Source: Carcharhinus amblyrhynchos | Taxonomy: Eukaryota | NCBI GenBank assembly: GCA_965287045.1 | Contig: OZ336876.1 | Span: 8,184,001-8,248,000 of the forward strand | Length of the DNA stretch: 64,000 nucleotides | Direction of reading: 5' to 3' | In this document: in pieces, positions 36,955-49,386 of the stretch | How positions within the stretch are numbered: the stretch's first letter is position 1 | How the letters are laid out: every line of letters starts with the position of its first letter | Notes under the pieces: model-generated | Databases searched by the model: none | Told to the model about the DNA's origin: nothing | Seen by the model: only the letters and a program-made list of their open reading frames with translations | Made by a program: the position numbers and the translations under genes

Positions 36955-37880
36955 AAAATTCTTTCACGGAATGTGGACTTCGCTTGCTAGTGATATTTTT
37001 ATTGTCCTTGTGAAGGTGGTGTTGAGGGGCTGTCTTGAATCACTGCAGTCATGTGGTATAGGTGCTCTCATGCTGTTAGGAAGGATTTCAAGGTTTTTAA
37101 ACCTAGCAAGTGAAGGAACAGCAATTCTAGTTCCAAGTCAGGATGGTATGTAATTTGGAAGGGCACTTGCAGGTGGTGGTATTCCTATGCATCTGCTGCC
37201 CTTGTCCTTCAAAGTGACAGAGGTTGTGGGCTAGGAAGGTGTTGTCAAAAGCGTCTTGGTGAATTGCTGCAGTGCATCTTGTTAATGGTACACACAGCAG
37301 TTACTGGGTGTGTGTGATGGAGGGAGTGTATGTTGGAGGTGGTGAATGGGGTGCTAATCAAGCACGTTACTTTAATCTGGATGGTGTCAAGCTTCTTGAG
37401 CGTTGTTTGGAACTGCATCCATCCAGGCAAGTGGAGATTATCCCATTGCGCTCCTGACTTATGCACTGAAGTTGGTGGACAAGGTCTGGGGATTCAGCTA
37501 AGTTACTTTCTGCAAAGTTCCCAGATTCTGATTTGCTCTTATAGTAACAGTCATTATATAGCTGGTTCAGTTCAGTTTCTGTTCAATGGTAAGTACCAGG
37601 ACGGTGATAGTGATGGTAATGTCATTGAGTGTCAAGGGGCAATGGTTAGATTCTGTCTTGTTGGAAATGATCATTGCCTGACACTTAAGTGGCAAGTAAT
37701 ATTCGTGCCCCTCATCAGCCCAAGTTTGAATGTTGTCAGGTCTTGCTGCAGATGGGCATGAACTGCTTCAGTATCTGAGTGCTGAACCATGCTGAATGTA
37801 CAATTATTAGTGAACATCCCCAGTTCTGACTTTATGATGGAGGGGGAAGGTTAAGTAGTTGAAGATGGTTGGCCCTGGGA
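36955..37880 (-). mobile_element. Old CR1-clade LINE 3' fragment; same family at about 42050-42390 (-) and 56845-57150 (+)
   Basis: Minus peptide TTLKKLDTIQ..CLISTP..IHSLHH..AVCTINKMHCSNSPR. Confidence 0.65.
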
Positions 37881-39883
37881 CACAAAGGTGAACAAATTGC
37901 AGTTTTGAATGATTTCTAAATATGCTGTGTTCTCATTTCTGAAGATGCAGAAGTTTTAGAAAATGGCTTTTAGTGAGACGGCAAGTTTGTTTTTTTTTTG
38001 ACTGTTCCAGTCATCTGTTCTTATTGCTGTGATTCGTGTTGATGACAGAGTGTCTAGTGTAATATCCAATAGGGTTTTTCATTAGGTGATAATGACACAG
38101 ATTTTAGCTTATTGGGAAGTGTGCATATCTTGTCAATATATCACAGCCTCAGATTTCCTCTATGTGATCAATTTAATCTATAAAGGACACAATTTCAGAT
38201 TCAGAAAAACTGTCTTCACAAAGGAAAGTGTCAGCTGTTTTATTCACTATTATATACTTCTTCTTTTAGTTTCCTTCATTTTTAAGTTGCTTTGAATTTT
38301 CACATTTAGCCAGTTGATGTTGGTCTATTTTTTTCACATCAGATGGAATGCTCCCAGTGTTGAAAAGTTACACCCTGCTATTGCCTTTAAATTCTGCAAT
38401 CCAAGATCTTGTAATTTTATAAGCTTATGTGCATTAGCAGGGTTATCTAACCAAACATAGAGTGATAAATGGGGCCATTTCAAGGCAGTCTTGAACATAA
38501 TTCTCTGTTAGGCGAAACGCAGATTACCTGATTGAAGGTTTGCGGTGTTATTTTGGGTGAAATGTAACTTCTGCAGTGGGAGGTGTGGGAGGTAAACACA
38601 AAAAGTGGGCAATCCCTGACAATTTTTTTATTGTTATTGCACAGCCCTTATGTAAAGTAGGTTAAAAATGCAACTCCACATCAATTGGATAACCTTGGAT
38701 CCTGGCTTCTGAGCTTGACAGCTGACGGTGCGGAAACCGAGTGGACTTATCGTAGGCAGCACACAGTTTCTTTGTTGCTGTGTAATCAGTCAGTGTATAA
38801 CCTGGATTTACCAGGCCCTATCTGGGTATCTATTTAAGATTGAAGCTCACAGTAAAAAAGAGAGAGCAAAAGCACAATTAGAATTTTTAGATACTCTGCT
38901 TCAGTTAATTCCCGGGTGATGTTTGCTACATTATTACCTTTTGCATAATCCTTTAGTTTGGATGATCTTCTGTATCGGTGGTGGTTTGCATCCATTCTGA
39001 ATATTGAAGATTCATCCAAACCCAGATAAAGTGATCCGACAGCTAATAGGTAATTCTAATATTCCTCATCATCTGAACTCTGTTAAGATTAATAACAAAC
39101 TGCAGCTTATGTTGAACGTTTCTAGTTTTCCAGCATTCTCTGTGAAAAGAGGCTAGAACACAGGTGACAGTGAGATTTAAGTAATTTGTGTGTAACGTAG
39201 TGACGTTAGAGTGGACATTGAACAATTGCGTGCAAAAGACACTGAAGATTTTTGCATGCAGCCTCTTTCCCCAAATTGTTCTTTATTGTTCAGTAGCATT
39301 TTCCTTCATATCTTACAGCTTTGTGAACAAGTGCAGATCGTGGGTGGGAAGGAAACATTTGTCTTGTTAAAATACTTCATCTGTCGGGAGGAGGAGACAT
39401 GCGGCTCTGTCCTCCCTATCAGGCGATTAAATAGGAACCTAAATATCAATAAGCAATTGATTCCAAAGCTCACCGATACAGTGTTGCACAGTAGTGGAGC
39501 TTGTTTTGACTAGTACTGCTGTGACTCCTCATGCTTAGGTTGTGGCTGTACTCTGTGTGGAGTGTAATCACTTTGCAATGTAAGGCAGTGTTTACCACTT
39601 TCACCTACAGGGAATTGAGCTTGCATGCTCTCAGTTATTGCTTTGACTATTCTGTCGAGATGAACGGGGAGCTGGCACTCCCAGGTTGCAGCAGCCTGCT
39701 GGCACTGCGCCATTCTTGGCGGGCCCAGATTATGTTCTCATTTGTTCTCTCCCTGCTTGTTGCAAGCAGGGAGAGCTGCTGCAGAGGCAGTGTGCACTGT
39801 GTTATGCACAGATGTCATAGTACTGTTTCGCTAAGGCTGGCCAGATCCCTGATGTTGACATTTGCTTTTGTTTAATTTTGAAG

Positions 39884-39994
39884 GCAATCGATGAGCCTCC
39901 ATATCTGACAGTGGGAACTGATGTGAGTGCTAAATACAGAGGGGCATTCTGTGAAGCCAAGATCAAGACAGCAAAGAGGCTCGTCAAAGTTAAG
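39884..39994 (+). CDS. ARID4B: ARID4B exon 3 (AT-rich interactive domain protein 4B, N-terminal Tudor region)
   Basis: 111 nt, phase 0/0, ttttgaag acceptor and AAG/GTATGT donor; encodes [42 protein letters not shown] and KTAKR match ARID4B, whereas ARID4A has EPAYL and KTVKR. Confidence 0.95.
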
Positions 39995-40667
39995 GTATGT
40001 ATCTCAATGGTAGCTATGACAATGGTGCCTCCATTTCTCTGGCGCTCCTTCCTGGCTTAATGTGTTTGTGTTCATATCACTCGTGCTTCATTTAAATATG
40101 ATTTGAAGAAGGGAATGTAAAGGCTGATGCAAATTAACATAGTCAAGACTAGCAGGCCAAGTTGAAAGGCTTGTGTGCATTAGCACTGCAGGGAGAGATG
40201 ATACAGTCACAGAAATATTTTCAAACTGATCAGTTTTGCTGCTGCGGTGTGTATAAGGAATCTGACAACGTAAAATGTACTCTAGGAACCTTGGGATTTA
40301 GGTGCAGAGTGACTTACCATCAGTGTATATGTGATTTGCATGAGTAACACGTTCCCCATTCTCTACTGTATCATTAATTGTGGGTTATTATTCTCTTGTG
40401 TAAATAGTACGAGGAGTACTATGTAATGATTTGTGTGGTGTAACCTTTTCTGTACCTAAGCTGCAAAATACTGCAAGATTGGTGTCCATAACATCTGCCA
40501 AGAAAATGCAACCAAATTTGACAAATGCCTTTGGAAGTACTATTTTGTGACTGCAATTTCAAGGCAATAATCCAATGGAATAGAGATACTTGTTACAAAC
40601 TGTTCAAGCTTTGATCTTCCAGTTGAACTGTAGACTTGAGGTCATTGTGTTACAATCACACTTAGTT

Positions 40668-40962
40668 AGGGCGGCACACTGGTTAGCACTGTTGCGTCAC
40701 AGCGGCAGGGACCCTGGTTTGATTCTCGGCTTGGGTCGCTGTATGTGCAGTCTGCATCTTCTCCCCATGTCTGCATGGATTTCCCTGGGCACTCCAGTTT
40801 CCTCCCACAGTCCAAAAGATGTGCTGGTTAAGTGCATTGGCCATGCTAAATTCCCCCTCAGTGTACCTAAACAGGTGCTGGAGTGTAGCAACTAGGGAAT
40901 TTTCATAGTGGTGTCATTGCAGTGTAAGCCTACTCATGACATTAATAAATAAGCTTTAAACT
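40668..40962 (+). mobile_element. HE1-type V-SINE (tail B)
   Basis: gggcggcacactggttagcactg head; taataaataagctttaaact tail. Confidence 0.85.
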
Positions 40963-42769
40963 TTTAATCTGCTGCACTTGCCCTAGTTAAATAAAAATGG
41001 CAAAATGGTGGAAAATGTCTTGTTGTAACATGAAGATTGTTGTGATACGCAGACCAATCGTATATTTCACAAAAGGATATCAACAACATAATTAAAGATA
41101 GTGATTTGTCGCTGGAATTGTGGGATAGTTCAGATTTGAAAACAGATGTGTGTGAGGCTGATTTCAAACTTACTTGGGCAGCAAGGGCGTGACTTGATCA
41201 CATCACCAGTGCCCTGGCATAATATTTTCAGTTGGTTTCCTGAATTCTGAAGCTTTTGTACTAAATTTAACAAGTTATGGATTAAATTGTAAAGTGGCAA
41301 AGCAGTAGTCTCTGTGGCAGAAGTTGACTGAGTAGGATCAATGCTCTCAAAATCAGCTATTAATTTGGTCAAGTCTGTATACCTGCTTAAAATTAGTGCT
41401 CTCCAACAGCACCCGATTTGAGATAGCAGAAATTGTGATCTCCTTTCTTATTGTTGGCGACAAATCTCACTTTGTAAATAATTGCAGAGTGACTTACCAT
41501 CAGTGTATATGTGATTGACATATGATTGCTCTATAAACAATAATTATTGTGGTGTAGTGGTTATGTTACTGGCCCAATTATTCAGTAGATGTTGGGCAAA
41601 ATTCTTCCAAAAAAAATTTAAAGTTGGGGGGAAACACACACCAGTGAGCCAGGCTTCAGAGCTCTTGGGCACCATTGCGTAATGGCATCCCAATCTCACA
41701 GTGCATTTGGAGACCCCCTCTCCCACGACATCAGGACTGCACATCAGCCTCCCCTCCCCCGCCCCCCAACTCTTGTCCCAGTTAGGCAGTGCCAAGTATT
41801 CCCCGATGGGCACTGCCCAGTTATGCCTCTGACTACCTGGGGACTTCAGTGGCCCTGAGTCCTCTGCGTCACCATCACCCCAGGTCTTCGCAAGTGGAGA
41901 CCAGTACTAGTTCTCACCATTATCGCACTTTGCCCGAGGGCCAGTGAATTCCGTGTGCTGGGACTTTAATGGGCTGTACATGTTTAAATGCTACTTTAAA
42001 TGTGCTAATTGACCTCAATCCCTTTTTGGACATGATGCAGTTCATACCATTTGGACAGCATTAATTACCCATCCCTAATTGTTCTTGACAAGGTGGTGCT
42101 GCCTTTTTGAACCATTATGGTCCATAGGGTTTAGTATCCGTTCATAATGCGGTTTGGGAGGGGGTTACTGGGCTCTGAAGTAACGACAAAGTAGGAATGG
42201 CAAAATAGTACCAAGTCAGTGTGGTGTGTGGCATGGAGGAATGCAAATGGCAGTGATCCCATGTGTTCACTGCCCTTATGCGTGGTATTGGGTTAGGAAG
42301 GTGCTGCAGAAAGAGGCTGGATAAGTTGTTGCAACCAATCTTGTAAATGGTACACAGTGCCACCGCTGTGTGCTGGAAATGTGTTGGTCGGGGTGTCAGT
42401 CACGTGGTCAACTTTATAGCTACAGATAAGTACAAATTGTGGAGTAGGTTTCAGTTCTGCTTTTAAGAAGACATCTGGTGATTTAGAAACTCGTGTCTTT
42501 AAAGATCTCCACAAAAGATTGTCATTAAAGGTAAACTTGTTAATTGGAGTCTTCAAGCGACGTAAACCTGCCACTATACCAGTTCTGAACAAGCGATTCG
42601 AGTCTCAAAGTGTTGAAGTGGCTGAGCAACCTGTTCAGTTATATCAAACATATCTGCAGTTTTTCAAAGAAAAGACCCTCTTCTCAGGACAATTAAAGAG
42701 CAATAAATGCTGCCCTTACCAGTGATGTCCATATCCAAAGAACTAAAATGTGGTGATGTAAAATAATTA

Positions 42770-43690
42770 CAGTCCAGAAACAGACCATTGGCCCAACTGG
42801 TCCATGTCAGTATTTATGCCCCATGAACCTCCTTCCACCTGTTTTCATCTAACCCCATCATTAATTATTACTGTCTTGTGTTTGCGTGCCTCTGTGCATA
42901 TGTCTAGCTTCTCAAATACGCACATACTATTCAACTCCATTACTTGTGCTTGCAAGTTCCACATTCTAAGCATCCTCTGGGTGAGGTAGTTTCTCTTAAA
43001 TTCCCTAGTGAATTTACTAGGGGCTGCCTTGTATTTGCAGCAATTTGTTCTATTCTTTACATTTACCCTATTAATAATTTTTATATCATTGAAAACCTCT
43101 ATGAGGACACTCTTTTTTTCTGATCTTTCCTGACCGGTATACCCTCTCAGTTCTGTTTTCATTCTAATAAATCGTCTTTGCACATCCTTGAGACTGCCTC
43201 CGTATCCATTTCATAATATAGAGACCAGAACTGTTCTTAATACTCCTAAGAGTGGTATAGCCAAATCTCGATATAAATTTAGCATATCTGCTTATCAATT
43301 CTATTCCTCTAAAATCAGCCTGAGTGCTTTGTTAATTTGTGTACCTGTATCCCAAGGTCCCACTGTTTCTCTATCCATTTGTACAAATATTGTCCAGAGT
43401 GTGTTGCCTCTTTATTCTTCCTACCAAAATGTATTACTTCACACTTACCAACACTGAAGTTTGTTCATCTGTTCAGCAAATTTCTAATATTGTTCTGTAT
43501 TTTGTCCCACTTATTTCCTCTGTGCGAACTGCAATTGTTCAAATTGCTTGTCCTTTGCAAATTTTGAAACTGTGCTTGAAATTCCTGAGCCCAGGTTCTT
43601 TATGAAAATGGTGAATTGTAGTGTTCCCATTAGCAATCCGAGTTGAACACCGCTTTCCACCATTTATCAATCTGAGTAGATGCCTTTAAC
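42770..43690 (-). mobile_element. Very degraded CR1-like LINE 3' part
   Basis: Minus peptides QRRFIRM and FKRNYLTQRMLRMWNL. Confidence 0.6.
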
Positions 43691-44266
43691 CCTACTGTCT
43701 ATTGTGTAACTACCTTGTTATCTGTTTGTTAAACCACAAAAACTATACTATGCCCTTGAAACTCGAAGTCTGATCTATAAATGTAGACATGCACATGGAG
43801 TTCTCATTGGACCAAGTTGCTCTGTTCAAATTTTCAGCATTTGAGCTGCTATCAAATTCTGCGACTTGAATAGGCATTCTCCTCCAGCATGTGATAAAAA
43901 CTGTTCATGGAGCGACATATCCTGTCCACATTGTGAGAGAATTATTTTGCAGCGCTGCAGTTAAATAATAATGGGATTAAGAAGCCTGTAAATATTTGCC
44001 ACTTCACTATTTGTTGAGTTCTTTAAAAAAACGACAGACTGTGAAGTGATTGTATCTGATGCAGCGTCCCTGGAAGATTATGTAATGCTGTGAACAGCAC
44101 ATCGAGTATAGGGGCAGGATTAAGCCATTCTGCCCTTCAAGTCAGCTCCGCCATTCATTATGATCATGGGTGATCCTCTATCTCATCACCACACTTGTGT
44201 GTTGTCCCCATTCTCTTTATGCCTTTAGATCTAGAAATCTGCTGATTTCCTTATTTCTGAGATGTA

Positions 44267-44580
44267 AAATCCTGTAGTGCAGAAGGAGGCCATTTGGCAC
44301 ATCAAATCTGCACTAATCACAATCCTATCCAGGCCCTACCCCCATAATTGCATGCATTTTTCCTAGTTAGCCCTCCTGACACTAAGGGGCAATTTAGCAT
44401 GGCCAATCAACCTAACCCACACATCTTTGGACTGTGGGAGGAAACTGGAGCACCCAGAGGAAACCCATGCAGGCACGGGGAGAATGTGCAGACTCCACAC
44501 AGACAGTGACCCAAGCCGGGAGTCAAACCCCGGTCCCAGGCGCTGAGGCACCAGTGCTAAACACGGGCTCACTGCACCAC
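44267..44580 (-). mobile_element. HE1-type V-SINE (tail A)
   Basis: aatcctgtagtgcagaaggagg tail and full HE1 body. Confidence 0.85.
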
Positions 44581-45129
44581 CGAAAACAAAATAGCAGAGA
44601 ATGGTTTAATTATATTCTGAATTGGCCTCCTTCTGCGATTGTGAAGAAGTTTCTCCTCAGTCATAGAGTTTTACAGCACAGAAAGAGGCCCTTTGGCCTA
44701 TTGTGTCTGTGCACATGTCAAACATCTATCTAGTCTAATCCCATTTTCCACCATTTGCTCTGTAGCGTTGTCTTTGGTGTTTCAAGTGCTCATCTAAATC
44801 CTTAAATGATGTGAGAGCGACAGGAACATTACCATTATTGTTGCACCCAGAGGTGCACAAGTCATCTGTTTCTATAGCGAGGTTTTTCCTGAAACAGATC
44901 GCTAGCCTATTGCAAAACTGTCACCCAAAATCACACAAGGCTGGCAGGGAGTCTCTCCTGTTTTTACCATCTGATGTTGATGTGCATTGGAAGGACTTTC
45001 ACGTTGATACTCAACTTGTTGGCTGTGTTATGAATGCACCTTTCTTATTCATCATGTCCTGGGGTGGGACTTGAACCTGGAGCTTCTGACTCAGGTGGGC
45101 ACACTACACGTTGCATCACAAGACTGCCT

Positions 45130-45735
45130 GAATGGCCTACCCCATCTCCTGATACTGTGACTCCTTGTTCTAAATCTGCCAACCAGAGTAAAATAACATC
45201 TCTGCATCCCAGTCTGTCCAACCTTGTCAGAATTTCATCATTCATCCCCCTTATTCTCCTAAGTTCCAATGAATACAGACCCAATCTCTCATATGACAAT
45301 CCTGCCATCCCAGGAATCAGCCCAGTGAATCTTTGCTGCACCCTCTGTCTGACAAGTACACCGTTTCTTAGGTAGAGACAAAAACAGCACAGGTGTGGTC
45401 TCACCGAGGCCCTGTACAGCTTCAGTAAGACATCCTTGGTCTTGCACTCAAGTTGTTTTGCAATGAAGGCCAACATATCATTTGCCTTCCTAACTGCTTG
45501 CTGTACTTACATGCTTACGTTCAGTAATTGCCCCTTTGCATATCAACATTTCCCAGTCTATTACCATTTTAACACTCTGCCATTCTATTTCTTCAGCTGA
45601 AGTGGATAACTTTACATTTATCCACTTTATACTGCATCTGCCATGTATTTGCCCACTCATTTTACTTGTCTAAATCACCTTGAAACCTCTGAAGTCTTTC
45701 ATTACTCACGTTCCCACCAAGTTTTGTGTTATCCT
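45130..45735 (-). mobile_element. Old CR1-like LINE fragment
   Basis: Minus peptide MLAFIAK..LYRASVRPHL..VQQRFTGLIPGM..RLGLYSLELRRIRG. Confidence 0.75.
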
Positions 45736-46160
45736 GATTGATTAGTTACAATCTCCTTTGAAAATACTACCATCTGATATGTGTTTTCTCTGATTCTTCC
45801 TCTTTGATATGTAATGCAGTAAAGTGAATCTGCCATCTGTCTGCCTAATCTACTAACCTACCATCACCAGAAGTCCAGAAGTTGCACATGGCTCCCTTAT
45901 AGTCAGCCATGCTCCTTACTTTAGTGTTATCTGCATGTTTTGATGGCTTGCTGCATGACCAGATTAGAGTCTTCATGCTGACCACTAGGGGTTACCGTTA
46001 TTCATATCTCTCCAGTCCAAAAACCACCGATCAGCCACTAACTTGGCCTTTTGTGCTTCAGCCAACTCCTTATCCATGCTGCCACATCCCATGTTAATAT
46101 TCAGAGCCTTCATGTTATGAACAAATTCCCTAAGTGGCACCTTATTGAACACCTTACCAA

Positions 46161-46683
46161 CTTCTAAACTCTAACGAGTACAAGCCTAATTTATTCAGCC
46201 AGTACAAGCCTAATTTATTGGCTGAATAAATTAGGCTTGTACTAGCTGAATAAATTAGGCTTGTACTCGTTAGAGTTTAGAAGAATGAGGGGAGATCTCA
46301 TTGAGACATATAAGATGATGAATGGGATGGATAGGATAGAGGTGGAGAGACTCTTCCCGCTCAAAAAGGACAGTAGGGCTAGGGGGCACAGCCTCAAGAT
46401 AAAGGGGGGACGGTTTAGAACGGAGTTGAGGAGGAACTTCTTCACTCAAAGGGTGGTGAATCTCTGGAATTCTCTGCCCGTTGAAGTGGTGGAGGCTGCC
46501 TCGCTAAATATTTTTAAGACGCGGGTTGATAGGTTTTTGATAAGCGAGGGGATTAAGGGTTATGGGGAGAGGGCAGGAAGGTGGAACTGAGCCACGACAG
46601 ATCAGCCATGATCTTATTGAATGGCGGGGCAGGCTCGAAGGGCTAGATGGCCTACTCCTGCTCCTATTTCTTATGTTCTTATG
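46161..46683 (+). mobile_element. Young CR1-like LINE 3' end with a palindromic 5' junction
   Basis: 46245-46683 is nearly identical to about 55993-56430; the inverted copy spans 46161-46199. Confidence 0.9.
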
Positions 46684-47382
46684 TACAACACCCACTGTAT
46701 GACAATGAATACACAGTTATTATCTCAAATCATTGACTTTCCTGAATCATTTATGTCTAAGTGAAAATTAATGTTCCTTCTCATTGAGGGCGTTTGATAA
46801 AGTAAATAGAGTAAAGTCATTTCCACTGAATCAGATAGCTAGAGAACATCAATTTAAGATCGCGAGCAGAAGGATGATGGGTCAGCTTCGTCAGGGTGTT
46901 ATGGTCATGAAAAGCCTCTGCAAGAAATAGTAATGGATATAGAATGTAAGAAAAAGGGCCCCTTTGGCCCTTTGTACCATAGGAGTTTTTAAAACTAAGT
47001 TGATAAAAAAAGTTGAAAACCCATTAAAAATGATCTAGGTAATGGGGTGGGGAATAAGGACTGGATATATAGTCCTTTCAGGAATTTGATGCAGGCGCAG
47101 CCCCCACGCCAAGGTGAAAATTCTTATCATTTTATTGAAAAAAACAACATAATATATAAACAAGAGTTGGTGGAAAGGAGGTGGCAGGTAAAAGGTGATG
47201 AGGGAAGAGAGAGGAGGTCCAACAATGAAAGCAGGAACTGTTGGGAACTCAGAGTAGGTCCTAACCGAGTGTGTTTATTGCATCAGCTAATTCAGCAACA
47301 ACAATTTATACAGCTTTTCCTACTATTGGTTAATTCTAAGCTAGAAGGTGGCTGTAAAACAACATTACAACCACATAGATCA

Positions 47383-47665
47383 GTTTAAGTTGATTTATTA
47401 GTCATAAGTAGGCTTGCATTAACGCTGTAATGAAGTTACTGTGAAAATCCCCCAGCCACCACACTCCAGTGCCTATTCAAGTACATTGAGGGAGAACTTA
47501 ACATGGCCAGTGCACCTAATCAGCATGTCTTTTAGACTGTGGGAGGAAATTGGAACCCCGGAGGAAACCCACACAGACACGGGGAGAATATGCAGACTCT
47601 GCACAGACAGTGACACAAGCCGGGAATCGAATCCAGGTCCTGGCTGCTGCGAGGCACCCACTTTG
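47383..47665 (-). mobile_element. HE1-type V-SINE (tail B)
   Basis: gtttaagttgatttattagtcataagtaggc tail; HE1 body. Confidence 0.8.
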
Positions 47666-47874
47666 CTGCCCAATGACCTGTTTATGCTCCTGTCTATTTG
47701 TGGTAACTCTTCCCTTGAAGCTTACACTTTGGTTGTCACCTGTACCCTTCACGCCAGTCCAAGCACCAGCTCCCTTCCCATAACTTGTAGGGCGGCACTT
47801 TCTGGTCCTCCAGTATCTTGATGAGGTGTTAGTATGGACATTTTGCGGGTTCTTTTCCTGTGGTGATCACTTCA

Positions 47875-49386
47875 TGATCTGGAGATGCCGGCATTGGACT
47901 GGGGTAACCACAGTAAGAAGTCTGACAACACCAGGTTCGAACATGATTTCTTCACCGCACAGGACCTTCAACCGATGCTATATACTAGATACATCGGTGA
48001 CATTTTCTTCCTTTGGACTCATGGTGAACAATCACTGAAACAGCTGTATGATGATATCAACAAGTTCCACCCCACCATCAGACTCACCATGGACTATTCT
48101 TCAGAATCGGTTGCATTCTTGGACACACGCATCTATGTCAAGGACGGTCATCTCAGCACCTCACTATACTGAAAGCCCACAGACAACCTCACAATGCTCC
48201 ACTTCTCCAGCTTCCACGCGAAACACGTTAAAGAAGCCATCTCCTATGGACAAGCCCTCCGTATACACAGGCTCTGCTCAGATGAGGAGGATCGTGACAC
48301 ACGCCTCCAGACGCTGAAAGATGTCCTCAGAAGAGCAGGATATGGCGCTCGACTCGTCGATCGACAGTTCCAATGCACCACAGCGAAAAACTGCACTGAC
48401 CACCTCAGAAGACAAACAGGGGACACGGTGGACAGAGTACCCTTCGTCATCCAGTACTTCCCCGGAGCAGAGAAGCTACAACATCTTCTCTGGAGTCTTC
48501 AACATATCATCGATGAAGACAAACATCTCGCCAGGGCCATCCCAACACTCCCACTTCTTGCCTTCAGACAACTGCACAACCTCAAACAGACCACTGTTCG
48601 CAGCAAACTGCCCAGCCTTCATGAGAACAGTGACCACAATACCACACAACCCTGCCACAGCAACCTCTGCAAGACATGCTGGATCATTGACATGGATGAC
48701 ATCATCACACGTGAGAACACCATCCACCAGTTACACGGTACATACTCTTGCAACTCGGCCAACGTTGTCTATCTAATACACTGCAGGAAAGGATGTCCCG
48801 AAGCATGGTACACTGGGGAGACCATGCAGACGCTACGACAACGGATGAACGATCATCGCTCGACAATCACCGGGCAAGACTGTTCACCTTCCTGTTGGCG
48901 AACACTTCAGTGGTCAGGAGCATTCGGCCTCTGACCTTTGGGTAAGCGTTCTCCAAGGCGGCCTTCACGACACACGACAGCGCAGAGTCGCTGAGCAGAG
49001 ACTGATAGTCAAGTTCCGCACACATGAGGACGGTCTCAACAGGGATCTTGGGCTCATGTCACATTATCTGTAACCCCCATGACTTGCCTGGGTTTGCAAA
49101 ACCTCACTTACTGTACTGTCTGGAGACAATACACATCTCTTTGACCTGTGCACAATGCTCTTTCCACTCACATTGTCGGCCTCTTTAAGGCTTGAATAGC
49201 AGGTTAGTTGTAAAGACTCGCATTCTAATCAGTAATCTGTAAACTGTCTGTGCTGTTATATGCTCTGTCTGAGGCCAGAACTCTCCATTCACCTGACGAA
49301 GGGGCCACCTCGAAAGCTTGTGAGTTTACTATTAAATAAATCGGTTGAACTTTTAAACCTGGTGTTGTCAGACTTCTTACTGTGGT
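47875..49386 (+). mobile_element. 5'-truncated Penelope-like element (RT C-terminus + GIY-YIG endonuclease, disabled) with an inverted 5' terminal segment
   Basis: Peptides YTRYIGDIFFLW, VAFLDT, LY*KPTD, NVVYLIHC..WYTGET..LRQRMNDH and GLNRD. Perfect 31-bp inverted repeat 47907-47937 / 49356-49386. Confidence 0.92.
49288..49324 (+). ncRNA. Minimal type I hammerhead ribozyme in the Penelope 3' terminal region
   Basis: TTCAC-CTGACGA-A-GGGG(CCA)CCTC-GAAA-GCTT-GTGAG: stem I, core, stem II and palindromic AAGCTT stem III. Confidence 0.7.

Noticed and set aside
39884-39994. ARID4A assignment
   Set aside because: The diagnostic residues EPPYL and KTAKR fit ARID4B.
39878-40060. 60-aa ORF MKAIDEPP.. 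as a single-exon gene
   Set aside because: The apparent MK is TTG AAG from the splice acceptor. The true ATG AAG is in exon 2, and homology ends at the donor at 39995.
48194-48934. 246-aa ORF as a host gene
   Set aside because: It is a fragment of the Penelope RT/GIY-YIG ORF, bounded by a nonsense codon and a frameshift.
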